This document shows, in pieces, positions 42,331-44,573 of a stretch of 44,573 nt of DNA (the stretch's first letter is position 1; every line of letters begins with the position of its first letter). Below the pieces are notes generated by a model that saw only the letters and a program-made list of their open reading frames with translations, did no database searches and was not told where the DNA came from. The DNA is taken from positions 1-44,573 of the forward strand of contig JAPLSF010000183.1 of the NCBI GenBank assembly GCA_026398785.1. The letters are read 5' to 3'. This DNA is from Pseudomonadota bacterium. Its GTDB lineage: Bacteria; Pseudomonadota; Gammaproteobacteria; Steroidobacterales; Steroidobacteraceae. A program made the translations under genes and the position numbers.

Positions 42331-42441
42331 ATGCAGACCGACCCCCGCGTTTACGTCGATGCCGATGCCTGTCCCGTCAAGCAGGTCGTGCCAGCCGACG
42401 TGGTGGTGACTGCCTACACTTCTGCTTCCATGGCGCCCTGA
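42331..42441 (+). pseudogene. Decayed remnant of a YaiI/UPF0178 (DUF188) gene (36 codons)
   Basis: The translation is [36 protein letters not shown]. It keeps the family-defining N-terminal V(D)ADACP block, then jumps to a P-x-D-V-V-V-T block normally about 60 residues downstream, then stops. Full-length members are about 150 aa. The stop at 42439-42441 shares one base with the ybiT ATG at 42441. Confidence 0.45.
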
Positions 42442-44045
42442 TGCTTTCCACGACCAATCTCTCGATCCAGTTCGAAGCCAAGCCGCTGTTCGAGCACGTC
42501 TCCGTCAAGTTCAGCGACGGCAATCGCTACGGGCTGATCGGCGCCAACGGCAGTGGCAAGTCCACGCTGATGAAGATCCTGGGCGGCGAACTGGAGCAGA
42601 GCTCCGGCGACGTCGTGCTGCAGACCGGCATGCGCATGGGCAAGTTGAACCAGAACCAGTTCGCCTACGAAGACGAGCGCGTGCTGGATGTCGTGATGCA
42701 GGGCCACGCCGAAATGTGGAAAGCGATGCGTGAGCGCGACCTGATCTACGCCAATGCGGAAGCGACCGACGAAGACTACATGCGAGCCGCCGAGCTCGAA
42801 GGCAAGGTCGCCGAGTACGACGGCTACACGGCCGAAGCACGGGCGGGCGCGATCCTGATCGACGCCGGCATCGACGAATCGAAGCACAACCTGCCGATGC
42901 GCGAGATCCCGCCGGGCCTGAAGCTGCGCGTGCTGCTGGCGCAGGCGCTGTTTTCACGGCCGGACGTGCTGCTGCTCGACGAACCGACCAACAACCTCGA
43001 CATCCACTCCATCGGCTGGCTCGAGCGCACGATCAACGCGTACGACGCGACCATGATCATCATCAGCCACGACCGGCACTTCCTGAACCAGGTATGCACG
43101 CACATCGCTGACCTCGATTACCAGCAGCTCAAGATCTACCCGGGTAACTACGACGACTTCATGCTCGCGTCGGTGCAGGCACGGCAGCGCGTCGAATCGT
43201 CGAACGCCAAGGCCAAGGCACAGATCTCGGACCTGCAGGAATTCGTGCGCCGCTTCTCGGCCAACGCGTCGAAGGCGCGGCAGGCCACGTCACGCAAGCG
43301 CCAGCTCGAGAAGATCAAGATCGAAGAGATCCGGCCCTCGTCGCGGCAGAACCCGTACATCCGCTTCGAGCAGGCGAAGAAGCTCTATCGTTCGGCGGTG
43401 ACCGTCGAGGGCCTGACGTTCCGCTACCCGGGCGCCGACAATGACGTCTTCACCAACCTCAAGTTCACGATCGAGGCCGAGCAGCGCGTCGCGGTCATCG
43501 GCCCGAACGGCATCGGCAAGACCACGCTGATGCGCTGCCTCGCGGGCGACCTCACGCCGACCAGCGGCACCATCACCTGGGTCGAGAACGCGCAGGTCGG
43601 CTACATGCCGCAGGACCCGAGCGCGGAGTTCGAACAGAAGACGGACCTGCTCACCTGGATGTCGACCTGGACCGGCAAGGCCGACGATGAGCAGATCGTG
43701 CGCGCCACGCTCGGACGCCTGCTGTTCTCGGGTGACGAGACCAAGAAGCAAGTGAGGGTGCTGTCGGGTGGCGAGAAGGGCCGCATGATGTACGGCAAGC
43801 TGATGCTGACGCGGCCAAACGTGATGCTGCTGGACGAGCCGACCAACCACATGGACATGGAAACGATCGAGTCGCTGCAGATCGGGCTGGAAAAGTACCC
43901 GGGCACGCTGATCTTCGTGTCCCACGACCGCGAATTCGTGGGCGGGCTGGCCAACCGCATGATCGAGCTGAAGCCCGACGGCAGCATCACCGACTTCACT
44001 GGCACTTACGACGAATACCTCGAGGCCCAGGGCCTCGAGTCCTAG
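42441..44045 (+). CDS. ybiT: ABC-F family ATPase (YbiT-like)
   Basis: It has two ABC domains without TM segments: Walker A motifs GANGSGKST and GPNGIGKTT, signatures [14 protein letters not shown] and LSGGEKGR, and Walker B motifs [11 protein letters not shown] and [11 protein letters not shown]. The product is colinear with E. coli YbiT. Confidence 0.9.
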   Translation: MLSTTNLSIQFEAKPLFEHVSVKFSDGNRYGLIGANGSGKSTLMKILGGELEQSSGDVVLQTGMRMGKLNQNQFAYEDERVLDVVMQGHAEMWKAMRERDLIYANAEATDEDYMRAAELEGKVAEYDGYTAEARAGAILIDAGIDESKHNLPMREIPPGLKLRVLLAQALFSRPDVLLLDEPTNNLDIHSIGWLERTINAYDATMIIISHDRHFLNQVCTHIADLDYQQLKIYPGNYDDFMLASVQARQRVESSNAKAKAQISDLQEFVRRFSANASKARQATSRKRQLEKIKIEEIRPSSRQNPYIRFEQAKKLYRSAVTVEGLTFRYPGADNDVFTNLKFTIEAEQRVAVIGPNGIGKTTLMRCLAGDLTPTSGTITWVENAQVGYMPQDPSAEFEQKTDLLTWMSTWTGKADDEQIVRATLGRLLFSGDETKKQVRVLSGGEKGRMMYGKLMLTRPNVMLLDEPTNHMDMETIESLQIGLEKYPGTLIFVSHDREFVGGLANRMIELKPDGSITDFTGTYDEYLEAQGLES

Positions 44046-44183
44046 GTTGGGCGGGTGCTCGCTCGACCTGGCACCCTGCGCGCCGTCGACCGAAGCGCGT
44101 ATAAGAAGTGACGGGGCTTCTTTTTCGGCGGTACCAGCGTCCGAAGTCGCCTGCTGATGTCACTTCAATCGGGAGCAGGAAAC

Positions 44184-44573
44184 ATGAATCGCGACGAAGG
44201 CGTCGAATCTTCGGTCTCACGCCATGCGGAGCAGTTCGTCGCGATCTGGAACGCTCACGACATGGAGCGCCTGCAGGACCTCTACGCCGAGGACGCGGAT
44301 TTCGTGAACGTCATCGGCATGCGCTGGACGGGCGCAAGCGAGATCGCACGCATGCACGTGCTGCTGCACGAATTGCGCATGCGACAGACGACGCTGGTCA
44401 GCGAGGGAATGACGGTACGCGTGCTGGCGCCGTCGGTGGCCGTCGTGCACGACACCTGGGTGCTGACGGGCGATCCGGGCGCACCGGGTTGGAAGACCGG
44501 TGAGCAGCGCCGCGGCATTCTCGTGCACGTGCTGAAACTGGACGGCGCGGGCAAGTGGCACATTGCGGTGTCG
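44184..44573 (+). CDS. SgcJ/EcaC-family (DUF4440, NTF2-like) protein, 3'-partial at the window edge
   Basis: This ORF is not in the supplied track because it has no stop in the window. My own translation from ATG 44184 is MNRDEGVESSVSRHAEQFVAIWNAHDMERLQDLYAEDADFVNVIGMRWTGASEIARMH...GILVHVLKLDGAGKWHIAVS. A GGGAGCAGGA Shine-Dalgarno region lies upstream, and the frame is open to 44573. Confidence 0.75.
   Translation, partial: MNRDEGVESSVSRHAEQFVAIWNAHDMERLQDLYAEDADFVNVIGMRWTGASEIARMHVLLHELRMRQTTLVSEGMTVRVLAPSVAVVHDTWVLTGDPGAPGWKTGEQRRGILVHVLKLDGAGKWHIAVS

Noticed and set aside
1-44573. CRISPR arrays, tRNA or rRNA genes, insertion sequences, integrases and prophage genes.
   Set aside because: I saw no spaced direct-repeat array, no cloverleaf-like or rRNA-like segments in the short intergenic regions, and no transposase or integrase-like ORFs. 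Intergenic regions are mostly under 300 nt. The RHS locus is not flanked by recognisable mobility genes or long repeats.

Overview
This is a visibly high-GC proteobacterial chromosomal window. Gene content looks like a Gammaproteobacterium of the Xanthomonadales/Nevskiales type, but that is inference only. I support about 36 protein genes. I saw no rRNA, tRNA, CRISPR array, transposase or integrase.

Left to right:
- A translationally coupled TonB energiser operon (TPR protein, small secreted protein, exbB, exbD, exbD, tonB).
- A cysJ-cysI-cysH-cysG sulfite-reduction/siroheme operon.
- A TonB-dependent receptor divergent from a PlpD-like patatin/Omp85 (type Vd) protein.
- A small ORF, then an overlapping pair encoding an ICMT-like methyltransferase and a kinase-like protein.
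- MarC-family protein, msrA, and a secreted alpha/beta hydrolase.
- SRPBCC, SYLF, type III CoA-transferase and GNAT genes.
- A second TonB-dependent receptor and ppc.
- A Lys/Ala-rich histone-H1-like protein with 39-bp tandem repeats.
- NUDIX hydrolase and NADP-dependent oxidoreductase.
- The accessory locus described below.
- Class A acid phosphatase lipoprotein, S9 peptidase, a VOC-NTF2 fusion, SemiSWEET, a decayed yaiI-like remnant, the ABC-F ATPase ybiT, and a 3'-partial SgcJ/EcaC NTF2-like gene.

The stand-out locus is on the minus strand at 31407-38149. It encodes a 2058-aa Sec-signal-bearing protein with an SpvB domain, seven FG-GAP blades, a TcdB-mid region and an RHS cocoon, which is a TcB-TcC-like fusion in one polypeptide. 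Its RHS core ends in a DPTGY cleavage motif. A 281-aa C-terminal payload follows, in which I cannot recognise any known toxin motif. A 189-aa ORF is coupled to it by an ATGA stop/start overlap and is a candidate immunity gene. No TcA, T6SS, PAAR/VgrG or two-partner-secretion partner lies in the window.

Most other long ORFs in the six-frame track are alternate-frame or antisense artefacts of high GC.
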